Shown piece by piece: positions 1-7,901 of a stretch of DNA of 64,000 nt (within the stretch, counting starts at the first letter, position 1; each line of letters starts with the position of its first letter). The notes under the pieces were generated by a model that searched no databases, was not told where the DNA came from, and worked only from the letters and a program-made list of their open reading frames with translations. Source of the stretch: Albidovulum sp. (lineage in GTDB: Bacteria; Pseudomonadota; Alphaproteobacteria; Rhodobacterales; Rhodobacteraceae); contig NZ_WBUS01000001.1 of the NCBI RefSeq assembly GCF_008933605.1, positions 18,939-82,938 on the forward strand, read 5' to 3'. A program made the translations under genes and the position numbers.

Positions 1-203
1 TCGGGGATGTTGTTGTGCAGGGGGCAATGGGTCTGGCAATAGGGCACGCCGCACTGGCTGCAGCGGCCGGCCTGCTCGGCCGCCTTCTGGGCGGCGAACT
101 CGCGGTAGATCTCGTTGAAATCCTGCGCGCGGACACTGGCGGCACGTTTCTCCGGCATCTCCCTCGAGACGGTCACGAACTGGAGCATGCGTTGCTTGGC
201 CAT
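1..203 (-). CDS. gltD: glutamate synthase (NADPH) small subunit, N-terminal fragment running off the left edge
   Basis: My reverse-strand translation from the ATG (cat at 201-203) reads MAKQRMLQFVTVSREMPEKRAASVRAQDFNEIYREFAAQKAAEQAGRCSQCGVPYCQTHCPLHNNIP. This matches the conserved GltD N-terminus, including the Cys-rich Fe-S motif. It is absent from the ORF track because it is truncated. Confidence 0.8.
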   Translation of the reverse strand, partial: MAKQRMLQFVTVSREMPEKRAASVRAQDFNEIYREFAAQKAAEQAGRCSQCGVPYCQTHCPLHNNIP

Positions 204-362
204 GGGCAGGACTTTCCGGCGGAACACAGGGTGCGCATAGCTACCGCCGATCCGGCAAGAATAAAAGTCAGTATGGTTTACCTATTTCACCGTTTTTCGC
301 GGAGCTGCATGCGCCTGGTCGAAAAAAAACGAAAATTTAGGTAACTCGTTCTGACGTATTAC

Positions 363-1163
363 TCAGTAACCGAGGCTCAGCGCGGCAAGAACCGTAGCGC
401 CGACGATGATTCGCCACCATCCGAAGAGCGCATAGCCATGCCGGCTGACGTATCCGAGGAGCCAGTTGACGACGAGAACCGCCGTCACCAAGGCCGCCGC
501 AAACCCGACGGCGATCTCGCCCAGCGCGCTCCAGTCGAGAACGTCGCGGTTCTTCCAGAGGTCATAGGTGAAGGCAGCGGCCATCGTCGGCATCGAGAGG
601 AAGAACGAGAACTCCGCCGCCGATCGCTTGTCGGCCCCGAAGGCCAGTGCGCCGACGATGGTGGCGCCGGAGCGGGACACGCCGGGGATCATGGCCAGGC
701 ACTGGACGACACCGATGCCGAAGGCCATCCAGAGCGGGAAGCGGTCGGCGTCGTGATAGCGGGGGCTGAGCGGCAGGCGGTCCACCACGAGCAGCACGAC
801 ACCCCCGGCAATGAGCATCGTGGCGATGAGCCGGGGGCTTTCGAAGAGTACGTCCTTGATGAAGTCATGGGCCAGCACGCCCACCACGACCGCGGGCAGA
901 AAGGCGAGGAGGATTGACCCCGCGAAACGCCGCGCCTCGGGGTCCGAGGGAAGCCCCGCTATGGTGCGCGAGATCTTGGCCGCGTAGACCCCGAGAATGG
1001 CAAGCACGGCGCCGAGCTGGATCACCACCTCGAAGGTCTTGCCTGCACTTTCGAAGCCGAGAAAGTGCCCCGCCAGCAGAAGATGCCCGGTGGAGGAGAC
1101 CGGGATGAACTCGGTCAGCCCTTCGAGAAGCCCCAGAACGAGGGCCGTCAGCGTATCGCTCAT
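363..1163 (-). CDS. uppP: undecaprenyl-diphosphate phosphatase
   Basis: 266 aa. The N-terminus [21 protein letters not shown] and the [10 protein letters not shown] motif are typical of the BacA/UppP family. ATG at 1161-1163. Confidence 0.93.
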   Translation of the reverse strand: MSDTLTALVLGLLEGLTEFIPVSSTGHLLLAGHFLGFESAGKTFEVVIQLGAVLAILGVYAAKISRTIAGLPSDPEARRFAGSILLAFLPAVVVGVLAHDFIKDVLFESPRLIATMLIAGGVVLLVVDRLPLSPRYHDADRFPLWMAFGIGVVQCLAMIPGVSRSGATIVGALAFGADKRSAAEFSFFLSMPTMAAAFTYDLWKNRDVLDWSALGEIAVGFAAALVTAVLVVNWLLGYVSRHGYALFGWWRIIVGATVLAALSLGY

Positions 1164-1238
1164 CCCGGGGCCTTTCCAATCGCACCGTCGCGCGCCGAGG
1201 TGTATTCGCGCGCAGGCGGAGTCACAAGGCCGGTTGGA

Positions 1239-2222
1239 TCAGCGCGCCGCCGCCAGCCGCTTCGCCGCCGAAGTCGCGGCCGCGGGCATCGGCACGGCAA
1301 CGCCGCCGCCGTATTCCGACAGGTCGAGGTAATGCCCCACGATCTTCGCAAGCTCACGGTTGCTGTCATCGAACCGCCCGCGGAACGTCCTTTCCACAAG
1401 GGCTGAGACGGGGTGGTATCCCTTCAGCAGCCACGAGAACGGCGGCCGTCTCAGCACGTAGCCGAAGACGCGGTAGAACCCGTCCGGCGTGGTTCCGATG
1501 CGGATTGTGGGCGCCGGAACGAGCACGCTCTTTTGCAGCTTGTTGATGCGGCGCAGAAGCGGCACGGCATATTCCGGGTAGCTCGGCGCATAGGCCGACC
1601 TGTGCGACGCAAGGACCCCGTCGAAGGATCCGTTGCCGGCGAACTCCGCGAGCCGGCTCGTCGCGCCGTCCATGTCCGTCTTTAGGCTCTCCTGCGTGAT
1701 CACGTGGACGTTCTCGGCGCCGAAGAGTTCCTGATAGAGCTTCACCAGACGGTGATACTCGAAATGCTCCGGCCGGAACCCGTAGAAGCCAAGCTCCGGA
1801 TCCCCTGCGAAGAAGAGTTCGGGGCTCATCGTGCCGCCGCGCAGCAGATACTGCATGTAGACCGACGTCAGGATACGCATCTGCGAACGGATGGAGATCA
1901 GGATCCTCGCATCTGGAGCGATGGCCTTGAGCCGCCGCGCAAAGTCGTCGCTGCCCATGCCGCCGAAGAAAGGATGGCCCGAGAGAATTTCGGACGAGAT
2001 CACCGGGACCTTGCCGGCCGGCACGGCGCGCATGCCCTCCGCGATGACCGCGCGCATCGCTTCGGGGTCGAAGAGAAGCCCATGCGGAGCGACGATATTC
2101 TCCCAGACCTCCCGGTGGCGGGCGATCTGGTGATAGCCGTGCTCATGAACGAAGAGACGTTGCTGCATCCAAGACGTGGCCGTCTTGTGGTAGCCTATAT
2201 GCAGCAAAAGACGAGCCGTCAT
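1239..2222 (-). CDS. sulfotransferase-family protein (putative)
   Basis: 327 aa. The N-terminal LLLHIGYHKTATSWMQ resembles the PAPS 5'-phosphosulfate-binding loop of sulfotransferases. The rest is not recognised. Confidence 0.5.
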   Translation of the reverse strand: MTARLLLHIGYHKTATSWMQQRLFVHEHGYHQIARHREVWENIVAPHGLLFDPEAMRAVIAEGMRAVPAGKVPVISSEILSGHPFFGGMGSDDFARRLKAIAPDARILISIRSQMRILTSVYMQYLLRGGTMSPELFFAGDPELGFYGFRPEHFEYHRLVKLYQELFGAENVHVITQESLKTDMDGATSRLAEFAGNGSFDGVLASHRSAYAPSYPEYAVPLLRRINKLQKSVLVPAPTIRIGTTPDGFYRVFGYVLRRPPFSWLLKGYHPVSALVERTFRGRFDDSNRELAKIVGHYLDLSEYGGGVAVPMPAAATSAAKRLAAAR

Positions 2223-2311
2223 TCGACGCCCTTCCCACGATCAATCAAAACCACTCCCGCCCGACACTGTCCCCCGTGAGGGCGGCGAGGTCAAACGATT
2301 CCGGAAAAACG

Positions 2312-2348
2312 ATTGAAAAAGAAACAATTCCGGCCCGGCAGGGCCGCC
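2312..2348 (-). terminator. rho-independent terminator candidate downstream of the 2365-3354 gene
   Basis: Hairpin cggccc-ggca-gggccg at 2331-2346. On the minus strand it is followed by a T-rich run (plus-strand tgaaaaagaaaca, 2314-2326). Confidence 0.5.
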
Positions 2349-2364
2349 GTTCCCACCCAGGCGA

Positions 2365-3354
2365 TCAGCCGTGGCCGCGGAGGTTCTTCGCGGAGGCCTT
2401 GATCGCCTCGTATTGGCCCGACGGGCGGAAGCGCCACAGATAGTCGGGCAGAACCGCCTCGGCCGGCGTTGGCGTGATCCCGAGATCGGCAAATCCCTTC
2501 GCTCCCGGTGCCACGACGTTGTCGCGGCGGAGCATCTTCACCTGGTCCCCGGTCAGCATCCGGTTGGCGAGGAGCCGCCCGGTCGCAAGGGAACCGAAGT
2601 CGAGCAGAGCGGCCATGATCCGCGCGATCCAGAACGGCAGATTAATCACGAGCCGACGCCGCCCGATGATGCGGAGCATCCTGCTCATCAAGCCTCGGAA
2701 CGTCTCGACGTCCGGACCGCCGAGCTCGTAAGTCCCTGCGGGCACTTCACCGTTCACGGCCTTGACCGCAGCGCGTGCGACGTCGTCCACATAGACCGGC
2801 TGGAATTTCGTGCCTGCGCCGACGACGGGGAGGATCGGACCCAGCCGCGTCATGCCGGCGAAGCGGTTGAAGAACTGGTCCTCGGGCCCGAACATCACTG
2901 ACGGGCGCAGGATCACGGAAGACCGGAACGCGGCCTTCACCGCCGCCGCGCCCGCAGCCTTTGTGCGGGCATAGGCGCTGTCCGACTCCGGATCGGCGCC
3001 GATGGCCGAAACATGGACGAGACGCGCAACGCCGCTCTCGGCCGCGATCCGGGCGATCCGCGCGGCGCCTTCCGCCTGCACGGCCCCGAAATTGTTGCGG
3101 CCGCCCTTGTCGAAGGTGCCGACGCAGTTGACCACCGCATCGGCACCGGCCATGGCGGCCCGGACGGAGGCGTCGTCGCGGATGTTGCAGAGCACCGGCT
3201 CGACCTGGCCCACCGCACCGTAGGGGCGCACGAACAGCGCCTCGTTCGGCCGCCGCACGGCGACACGGATGCGCCAACCCTCCTTGGCGAGCCGCCGGGC
3301 AATGTAACGGCCGAGGAATCCCGAACCGCCGTAGATCGTGACGAGCTTGGACAT
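2365..3354 (-). CDS. NAD(P)-binding complex I NDUFA9-like / NAD-dependent epimerase family protein
   Basis: [22 protein letters not shown] is a Rossmann GxxGxxG motif. Start chosen at ATG 3352-3354; the track ORF extends to 3435 with a non-homologous Arg-rich leader. Confidence 0.8.
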   Translation of the reverse strand: MSKLVTIYGGSGFLGRYIARRLAKEGWRIRVAVRRPNEALFVRPYGAVGQVEPVLCNIRDDASVRAAMAGADAVVNCVGTFDKGGRNNFGAVQAEGAARIARIAAESGVARLVHVSAIGADPESDSAYARTKAAGAAAVKAAFRSSVILRPSVMFGPEDQFFNRFAGMTRLGPILPVVGAGTKFQPVYVDDVARAAVKAVNGEVPAGTYELGGPDVETFRGLMSRMLRIIGRRRLVINLPFWIARIMAALLDFGSLATGRLLANRMLTGDQVKMLRRDNVVAPGAKGFADLGITPTPAEAVLPDYLWRFRPSGQYEAIKASAKNLRGHG

Positions 3355-3450
3355 GGGCAGGCGCCTCCGCAGATTTCCGGCCCTGATTAGCGCCCCGCGG
3401 CACGGCGAACAAGGCGCGAATGCGCGCGGGGGCAATCCGGCGGCGCCCCG

Positions 3451-3477
3451 TTGACAGGCCCCGGCAGCCGCTATACA
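3451..3477 (+). promoter_or_regulatory. sigma70-like promoter candidate for tRNA-Leu
   Basis: TTGACA at 3451-3456 and TATACA at 3472-3477 (15-nt spacer, or 16-17 nt if the -10 hexamer is shifted). It lies about 20 nt upstream of the tRNA 5' end. Confidence 0.45.
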
Positions 3478-3495
3478 TCGCCCGTCACGACACCT

Positions 3496-3580
3496 GCCCA
3501 GGTGGCGGAATTGGTAGACGCGCTGGTTTCAGGTACCAGTGCCGCAAGGCGTGGAGGTTCGAGTCCTCTTCTGGGCACCA
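3496..3580 (+). tRNA. tRNA-Leu, anticodon CAG, class II with long variable arm, encoded CCA
   Basis: Folded by hand. Acceptor stem is GCCCAGG with tctgggc. Anticodon stem is ctggt/accag, loop ttCAGgt, anticodon at 3530-3532. T arm is ggagg-ttcgagt-cctct. Ends in A-CCA at 3577-3580. Confidence 0.9.
3565..3580 (+). repeat. attL core: direct repeat formed by the tRNA-Leu 3' end
   Basis: cctctTctgggcacca here versus cctctCctgggcacca at 9263-9278, a 15/16 match. Confidence 0.8.
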
Positions 3581-3590
3581 TTACTACCAG

Positions 3591-3633
3591 AAAAGTCCTG
3601 CAATCCTAATGGGTTGCAGGACTTTTGGTTTTT
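3591..3633 (+). terminator. rho-independent terminator for tRNA-Leu, supplied by the element
   Basis: A 13-bp perfect stem, aaaagtcctgcaa (3591-3603) with ttgcaggactttt (3614-3626), followed by ggttttt. Confidence 0.8.
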
Positions 3634-3635
3634 CG

Positions 3636-3680
3636 ATCCACCTTTCCATCCACCCTTGGGCGCTCGTGAAGGTGGATAGA
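3636..3680. repeat. three copies of ATCCACC(C/T)TT (two direct, one inverted) next to attL
   Basis: ATCCACCTTT at 3636-3645 and ATCCACCCTT at 3648-3657, 12 nt start to start. Inverted AAGGTGGAT at 3669-3677. The same motif pair recurs at 9115-9136. Confidence 0.7.
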
Positions 3681-3913
3681 GGCGTTCCTCCCGCCCCGAG
3701 CTACGAGTCCTAGCCCCGGATGTATGGACGGCGGCTTTCGCCCAGCATCGCCTTAGACCGCGTGCAGTGACTCACCCAGGCAGAACTTGTCAGAAGCCTT
3801 GCCTTGGAACATGCGCCCGTGTCCCATCGTAGAGAGGAGGTAGGCCTGAAGAGGGAACGAAGTCTAACGCCCCAAAGCCTAGTGGCATTCGCGCCCTCCA
3901 AGTCTGGCGCGCA

Positions 3914-5128
3914 GTGAAAATCGACTTGCCTTGTCCACTTCGCCGCTGCACTTCTGGGTTGAGGTGTTCGCGGGAGGTTGCTTTGTTGGTTCTTCTGGCA
4001 GTTGTTTCAATGGCCGCTCTGCTTTGGGCTGGGGTCTCGTTGCTTGGGGTTCTTTATCCCTTCAAGCCATTCCACACGCGCAAACGAGCATTGCGGTCCT
4101 TGGGTGGTTCGCTTGCGATATCTATCGCATCTTTGCTTTTTGTCGGTTTCAACGCCGAGTCAAAGCCCAAAGCGGCAAGTGAAGTTGCTGCAACACGGTC
4201 GGCTTCCTCTGCCGAAGTCGCAGTTGAAGAGGATAGGACTGCCGACGCGCCCGTAGAACCCACCGCTTCCCCAGAGCTTGACCAAGCCTCCACCGAGGCG
4301 GAGACATCTGTGCAAATGTCCGCGAATGCTTGCAGTGGCGGCACAGCCTCGCCGGGCGATGTCGTCGCAGTGTCCGGGGAATATGCGCTATATGTAGAGC
4401 CAGACGAAAGCTCCGCTCGGATCAAGAATGAAAAAGCTTCAAAGATACTTGGCGAGGCGCACTATCACCAGATCGACAAGTCAACGACTGTTCGCCGCCT
4501 TTGCGTGAAGGGGGATTGGACAGAGGTTCAGATCGTCACCCCCGAATGGCTGACCTTTGTAAAAGGCTGGGTGCCAAATGCGGCCCTAAGGGGGATAGAG
4601 CACTCGGGAGACGGCGCGCGGGTCTTTGTCGAGGACCACTTTTATTGGGATGACAGCACTTCAAAGTTTAAGGCGGAGATTGTGGCGGTCGTTAACAAGA
4701 TTGCCCGTGAGAACGCAAACTGCCCCAACCCCGACCCCGGCACAGTTTCCAAATCCGCCGACCGAAGTAAGCCAAATGATCCGGTATTTTTCGTCATGTG
4801 CGGGGAAGGGACCGACGTGTTCAATGTGTGGTTCAAGCCGGGCGACGCTTCGGGGGACACAACATTTGAAGCAGTCCTTCCCCTTTCACAAACCGCTGCT
4901 GTCGATGCCTGCGAAGTAGTGGCGAAAAGCGCGGCAACGCACCCATCCACCGTTGATTTTTCGCGCTTCGTGGACCTGTCATACTTCGCGCACAAGAACG
5001 GAAATGTGCGGGTCACTTCGACATTTACCGCAAAGAACGCGCTGAACCTCGAACTGAAGTATGACATCTACTGCTTCTTCGAGGGCAACAAGTTGGTCGA
5101 GCATTCCATCGCCGAAGCGTTGCAGTAG
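3914..5128 (+). CDS. hypothetical membrane-anchored protein with an SH3b-like segment (element cargo)
   Basis: About 404 aa. Two hydrophobic helices (VALLVLLAVVSMAALLWAGVSLLGVLYPF and LGGSLAISIASLLFVGF), then an Ala/Ser/Glu-rich linker. The segment GDVVAVSGEYALYVEPDESS...GDWTEVQIV...KGWVPNAAL resembles a bacterial SH3 domain. The Cys-containing C-terminal domain is unrecognised. The start is uncertain: GTG 3914, or a TTG about 5 nt after GGGAGG near 3972-3977. This gene has the lowest GC sampled in the window. Confidence 0.6.
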   Translation: MKIDLPCPLRRCTSGLRCSREVALLVLLAVVSMAALLWAGVSLLGVLYPFKPFHTRKRALRSLGGSLAISIASLLFVGFNAESKPKAASEVAATRSASSAEVAVEEDRTADAPVEPTASPELDQASTEAETSVQMSANACSGGTASPGDVVAVSGEYALYVEPDESSARIKNEKASKILGEAHYHQIDKSTTVRRLCVKGDWTEVQIVTPEWLTFVKGWVPNAALRGIEHSGDGARVFVEDHFYWDDSTSKFKAEIVAVVNKIARENANCPNPDPGTVSKSADRSKPNDPVFFVMCGEGTDVFNVWFKPGDASGDTTFEAVLPLSQTAAVDACEVVAKSAATHPSTVDFSRFVDLSYFAHKNGNVRVTSTFTAKNALNLELKYDIYCFFEGNKLVEHSIAEALQ

Positions 5129-5201
5129 GACGCAGGTGCCACACGGTTTTGGCTTGGCGACTTGATCCAGCGCCGCTTGCGTATGCAGCGCAGTGCGCTT
5201 T

Positions 5202-6521
5202 TTAGGAGCAGCTAGGGCCTTGGTGCAAGCGAAACCCTTGCAACAGGCGGGCTATCACCGCGCCTTCGGTCGTGGTTGGCGGATCGAAGACATGGGCGTG
5301 CAGGTCGGACAGGAAAGCGTTCTGCCTGCCGTCGAGCCAGAAGCCTGTCAATTCGGCACAGCGGTCAAGGTGGGCGTCCACGTCCCCCGCCGCGCTGAAC
5401 CCGTTGCGAAAGGTCCGCAACGCCTGCCAGATGGCCAAGGCGAAGGTCAGGTCGCCCAGCGTGTCGTCGTCTTCCAGATCGGCCAGCCGCTTTTCCAGCT
5501 TGGACAGGGCAGCTTCGGCAACGCTGATTTCAGGGCTGTCAGGGTCAAAGGCGTAGGACAGAAAGTCCAGAGGTTCCGTTCCCGGCCCCGCATAAACGGC
5601 GGGGCACAGGTTCAGCGGGCCTGCGGGGCAATCGCGCTGGAAATACGCGACCAAGGATTCAATCACCGCTTGCCTTGTGGTAGGGTCTGCGGCGGCAACG
5701 GCGATGTTGTCGGTGCAGATCAGAACCATCGCACCCTCGGGCATGGACATGTCGTTCAACAGCCATGCGAGGATGAGATTGGAAGCTGGCGAGCCTTGCA
5801 GCAGGCCCCGTGGCCCGCTTTCACTGTGAGAGTGCATAGGAATACCAGAGAGGCGTCGATTGGCCGTCGTCCCTTTCTGGGGTTCCCATTCTTCAAACGT
5901 CATGTTGCGCGTATCGAGCGCGCGGCGGATCACCTCCTTTGGCAGTGGCAGTTGATAAAGGCTGTCGGGGTTGATGCTCTGGAAGCAGTCCACGATGTCG
6001 AGCTTCGCAAGATAGGTCTGCCCCGCGTTCTGGGCTTCCTTGAGACGGCGGGCGGCTTCATCGCGGCCCCGACCCGTCACCCCGTAAATATGGTTGTTCG
6101 GCACAAACGCCGCCTTGAGCGCCCCGGCAATCACGTAGTGCACGGCTTTCAAGTCGGGCGGCAGCGCACAGATCGGGCGATAGCCGCCGCTTTTCTTAGA
6201 GTGCTTGTGCCACCGGATGGGCCGGTAGCCCTCGCGCCAAGGGTTTACAGTGGCGGCAAGGGCTTCGGCGGTCTGTCGGTCCGGTTCACCGCGCAATGCC
6301 GCCAGCGCCCCGCAGAAGCGCGCGGCAGCGGCGGAAAGATACTGTCTGATGTAAGGCTGCACCCGCTCCCCGCGCGCCTGCTTTTCACGCAGCCCGTTGG
6401 CCAACTTGGTGCGCGCGGCATGGGCAAGGCCCACCTCGCGCTTCCATTGCTTGGCAGAGGTGGATTTTGCACCCCGTTGCACGGGGCGGAGATTCGGGGC
6501 GGGACGGGGCGTGCCAGTCAT
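5202..6521 (-). CDS. reverse-transcriptase-like protein with a non-canonical active-site motif (CTDN in place of YxDD)
   Basis: 439 aa. Motifs 1/2: KKSGGYRPICALPPDLKAVHYVIAGAL. Motif 3/A: YLAKLDIVDCFQSINPDSL. Motif 4/B: GLLQGSPASNLILAWLLNDM. Motif 5/C position: MVLICTDNIAVAA. Motifs 6/7: PLNLCP...PLDFLSYAF. A helical C-terminal region of about 110 aa follows. I checked the translation against the DNA at 5706-5717. Confidence 0.8.
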   Translation of the reverse strand: MTGTPRPAPNLRPVQRGAKSTSAKQWKREVGLAHAARTKLANGLREKQARGERVQPYIRQYLSAAAARFCGALAALRGEPDRQTAEALAATVNPWREGYRPIRWHKHSKKSGGYRPICALPPDLKAVHYVIAGALKAAFVPNNHIYGVTGRGRDEAARRLKEAQNAGQTYLAKLDIVDCFQSINPDSLYQLPLPKEVIRRALDTRNMTFEEWEPQKGTTANRRLSGIPMHSHSESGPRGLLQGSPASNLILAWLLNDMSMPEGAMVLICTDNIAVAAADPTTRQAVIESLVAYFQRDCPAGPLNLCPAVYAGPGTEPLDFLSYAFDPDSPEISVAEAALSKLEKRLADLEDDDTLGDLTFALAIWQALRTFRNGFSAAGDVDAHLDRCAELTGFWLDGRQNAFLSDLHAHVFDPPTTTEGAVIARLLQGFRLHQGPSCS

Positions 6522-6820
6522 CAGAAAGAACCCCCTGCGACCTTCTCCACCTTCGACAGCAGGACGTAGCGGGCATGGGTGCCGGGATAGGCCCCGCCGT
6601 GCTTCTCCCGCTCGGTCTTGATGATCAGGCCACGGCAGCGCAGCTTGAAAATGTTGCCTGCCCAGCGCGGCGCGGGGTCATCGTAGAACGTGCAACCCGT
6701 TGCACCGCCCCGGATCAGGGCATCCAGCGTGTCACGTTCCCGACCGTGGCGCAGGGAAATAATGAAAGACTGTCCGTCTTGATCGGACACCCGATATTCT
6801 AAGCGCCCCTGATCACGCAT
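6521..6820 (-). CDS. small hypothetical protein, possibly winged-helix DNA-binding, coupled to the RT-like gene
   Basis: 99 aa. Its stop overlaps the RT start by 1 nt (tgatg at 6519-6523), and its start overlaps the alpA-like stop by 8 nt. The segment DALIRGGATGCTFYDDPAPRWAGNIFKLRCRGLIIKTEREKHGGAYPGTHARYVL recalls small winged-helix proteins I remember from alphaproteobacterial mobile elements. That is memory only, not verified. Confidence 0.5.
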   Translation of the reverse strand: MRDQGRLEYRVSDQDGQSFIISLRHGRERDTLDALIRGGATGCTFYDDPAPRWAGNIFKLRCRGLIIKTEREKHGGAYPGTHARYVLLSKVEKVAGGSF

Positions 6821-7073
6821 GGCGGGCCTTCAGGTCGGCAAGGTGGGCTTGAAGCATGGAACCAACCCAGTAGGTGCGCCGCCCGATCCGAAGCGGGCTG
6901 GGCATCAAACCCCCCTTGACCCAGCGCCAGATCGTGGAGTGGCTGACGCCGTAGAGGAAGCAGACCTCCTTGGTGCTGATCAGCTTTTCAACCGGGTATT
7001 TTCCGCCTTCGTTCGGCAGCTTCTGGACTGCCAAGATGGCAGGCTGCGTTTCAGGGATGATAGAAAGTGACAT
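6813..7073 (-). CDS. alpA: AlpA-family (prophage CP4-57-type) HTH regulator / excisionase-like protein
   Basis: LISTKEVCFLYGVSHSTIWRWVKGGLMPSPLRIGRRTYWVGSMLQAHL matches the AlpA/MerR-like HTH pattern. Start chosen at ATG 7071-7073 (86 aa). The track start is a GTG at 7121. Confidence 0.8.
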   Translation of the reverse strand: MSLSIIPETQPAILAVQKLPNEGGKYPVEKLISTKEVCFLYGVSHSTIWRWVKGGLMPSPLRIGRRTYWVGSMLQAHLADLKARHA

Positions 7074-7142
7074 TTCCTGCGACCTCTTGATTCGCGTTGA
7101 GATGTCATTTGATGCCGCCACATGCTGCGGCCAGCATTGGCG

Positions 7143-7901
7143 CTATTCCTTTAGGAATGGGTGCAATGCTTCGCCGTCGGCCCCGCTTTGCACCTCGTTG
7201 CACAGACGGTGAAACCATTGGCTGCGCTCGGCGCGGGCTTTCTGCATCGCCGCGACGAAACTGCGCTTGTGCCATACATTCATCGCGGTGTTCTGTTCGA
7301 GCGTTACGCCCCGTTCATCGACGGCAGGAATGCCCGCCTGTTTGAAAACCTTCTCAATGAGCGCGGATGCGCTCCACCTTAGGTCTTGCCTTGCTGGGGC
7401 GTCCGCATCCGTCGGAATGCCGAAGGTCGGGTTCAGGCCGAACTCGTCAACCAGTTCGTGCGTGAGATGGAAAAGCATGAAATTGCGTTTCCAACTCTTG
7501 GTGGCTGCCTTGGATTTTCGCTTGGGCCGCTTAACCGTTCCATCAAGCACGCCCGATACAAGGTTCCGAAATCCTCGGGGCACCGAGCCTTCTAGGCGAA
7601 CGGATGAGGCGCAGATGTCCATGACCAAATCGAAAACATCCGTGTCGTGCGCCGCCGCAGAGGCCATTTCGGGAACGAATTGCGGCACAAGCCTGTAACG
7701 ACGAACTTCAGACCCATCTTCTGTGGTCACATGGTCCAAAGTAAACGCAACTTCGTAGTAAACCTCCGCCACAGGCCCCCACCAGTCTGGAAAATACTGC
7801 GACATGAACAGCCGTGCGCGGTCCCAGACCAATTCCTCCGCCCTCGGGTCGGGTCCGGGTTTGAAAAACCCCTCTGTCTCTCTCTGCTTGATCTTTGCCA
7901 T
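7143..7901 (-). CDS. hypothetical protein (ORFan by inspection) translationally coupled to the integrase
   Basis: 252 aa from MAKIKQRETEGFF. Its ATG (7899-7901) overlaps the integrase stop by 1 nt (tgatg). No motif recognised. It has a basic patch, KRPKRKSKAATKSWKR. Confidence 0.6.
   Translation of the reverse strand: MAKIKQRETEGFFKPGPDPRAEELVWDRARLFMSQYFPDWWGPVAEVYYEVAFTLDHVTTEDGSEVRRYRLVPQFVPEMASAAAHDTDVFDLVMDICASSVRLEGSVPRGFRNLVSGVLDGTVKRPKRKSKAATKSWKRNFMLFHLTHELVDEFGLNPTFGIPTDADAPARQDLRWSASALIEKVFKQAGIPAVDERGVTLEQNTAMNVWHKRSFVAAMQKARAERSQWFHRLCNEVQSGADGEALHPFLKE

Noticed and set aside
3710-3901. 63-aa minus-strand ORF in the non-coding part of the element near attL
   Set aside because: It has no Shine-Dalgarno sequence and no motifs, and its composition looks like random translation. 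The region is kept only as a candidate ncRNA locus.
5202-6521. Reading the RT-like gene as a classic retron, a group II intron maturase or a DGR RT
   Set aside because: A retron is unlikely: there is no upstream intergenic space for msr/msd because of the 1-nt overlap with the preceding gene. The post-motif-C region looks like generic motifs 6/7 rather than the retron VTG region. A group II intron is unlikely: the ORF sits in a coupled operon with no flanking intron RNA domains visible and no obvious maturase or endonuclease tail. A DGR is unlikely: motif 4 is QGSPAS rather than the DGR-type xGxxxSQ, and I saw no template/variable repeat pair in the element. These exclusions are by eye only, and profile searches could overturn them.
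5193-6569. 458-aa plus-strand ORF covering the RT-like gene region
   Set aside because: The minus-strand frame gives an ordered RT motif series and operon-style overlaps. The plus-strand frame has no motifs, so it is rejected as antisense shadow.
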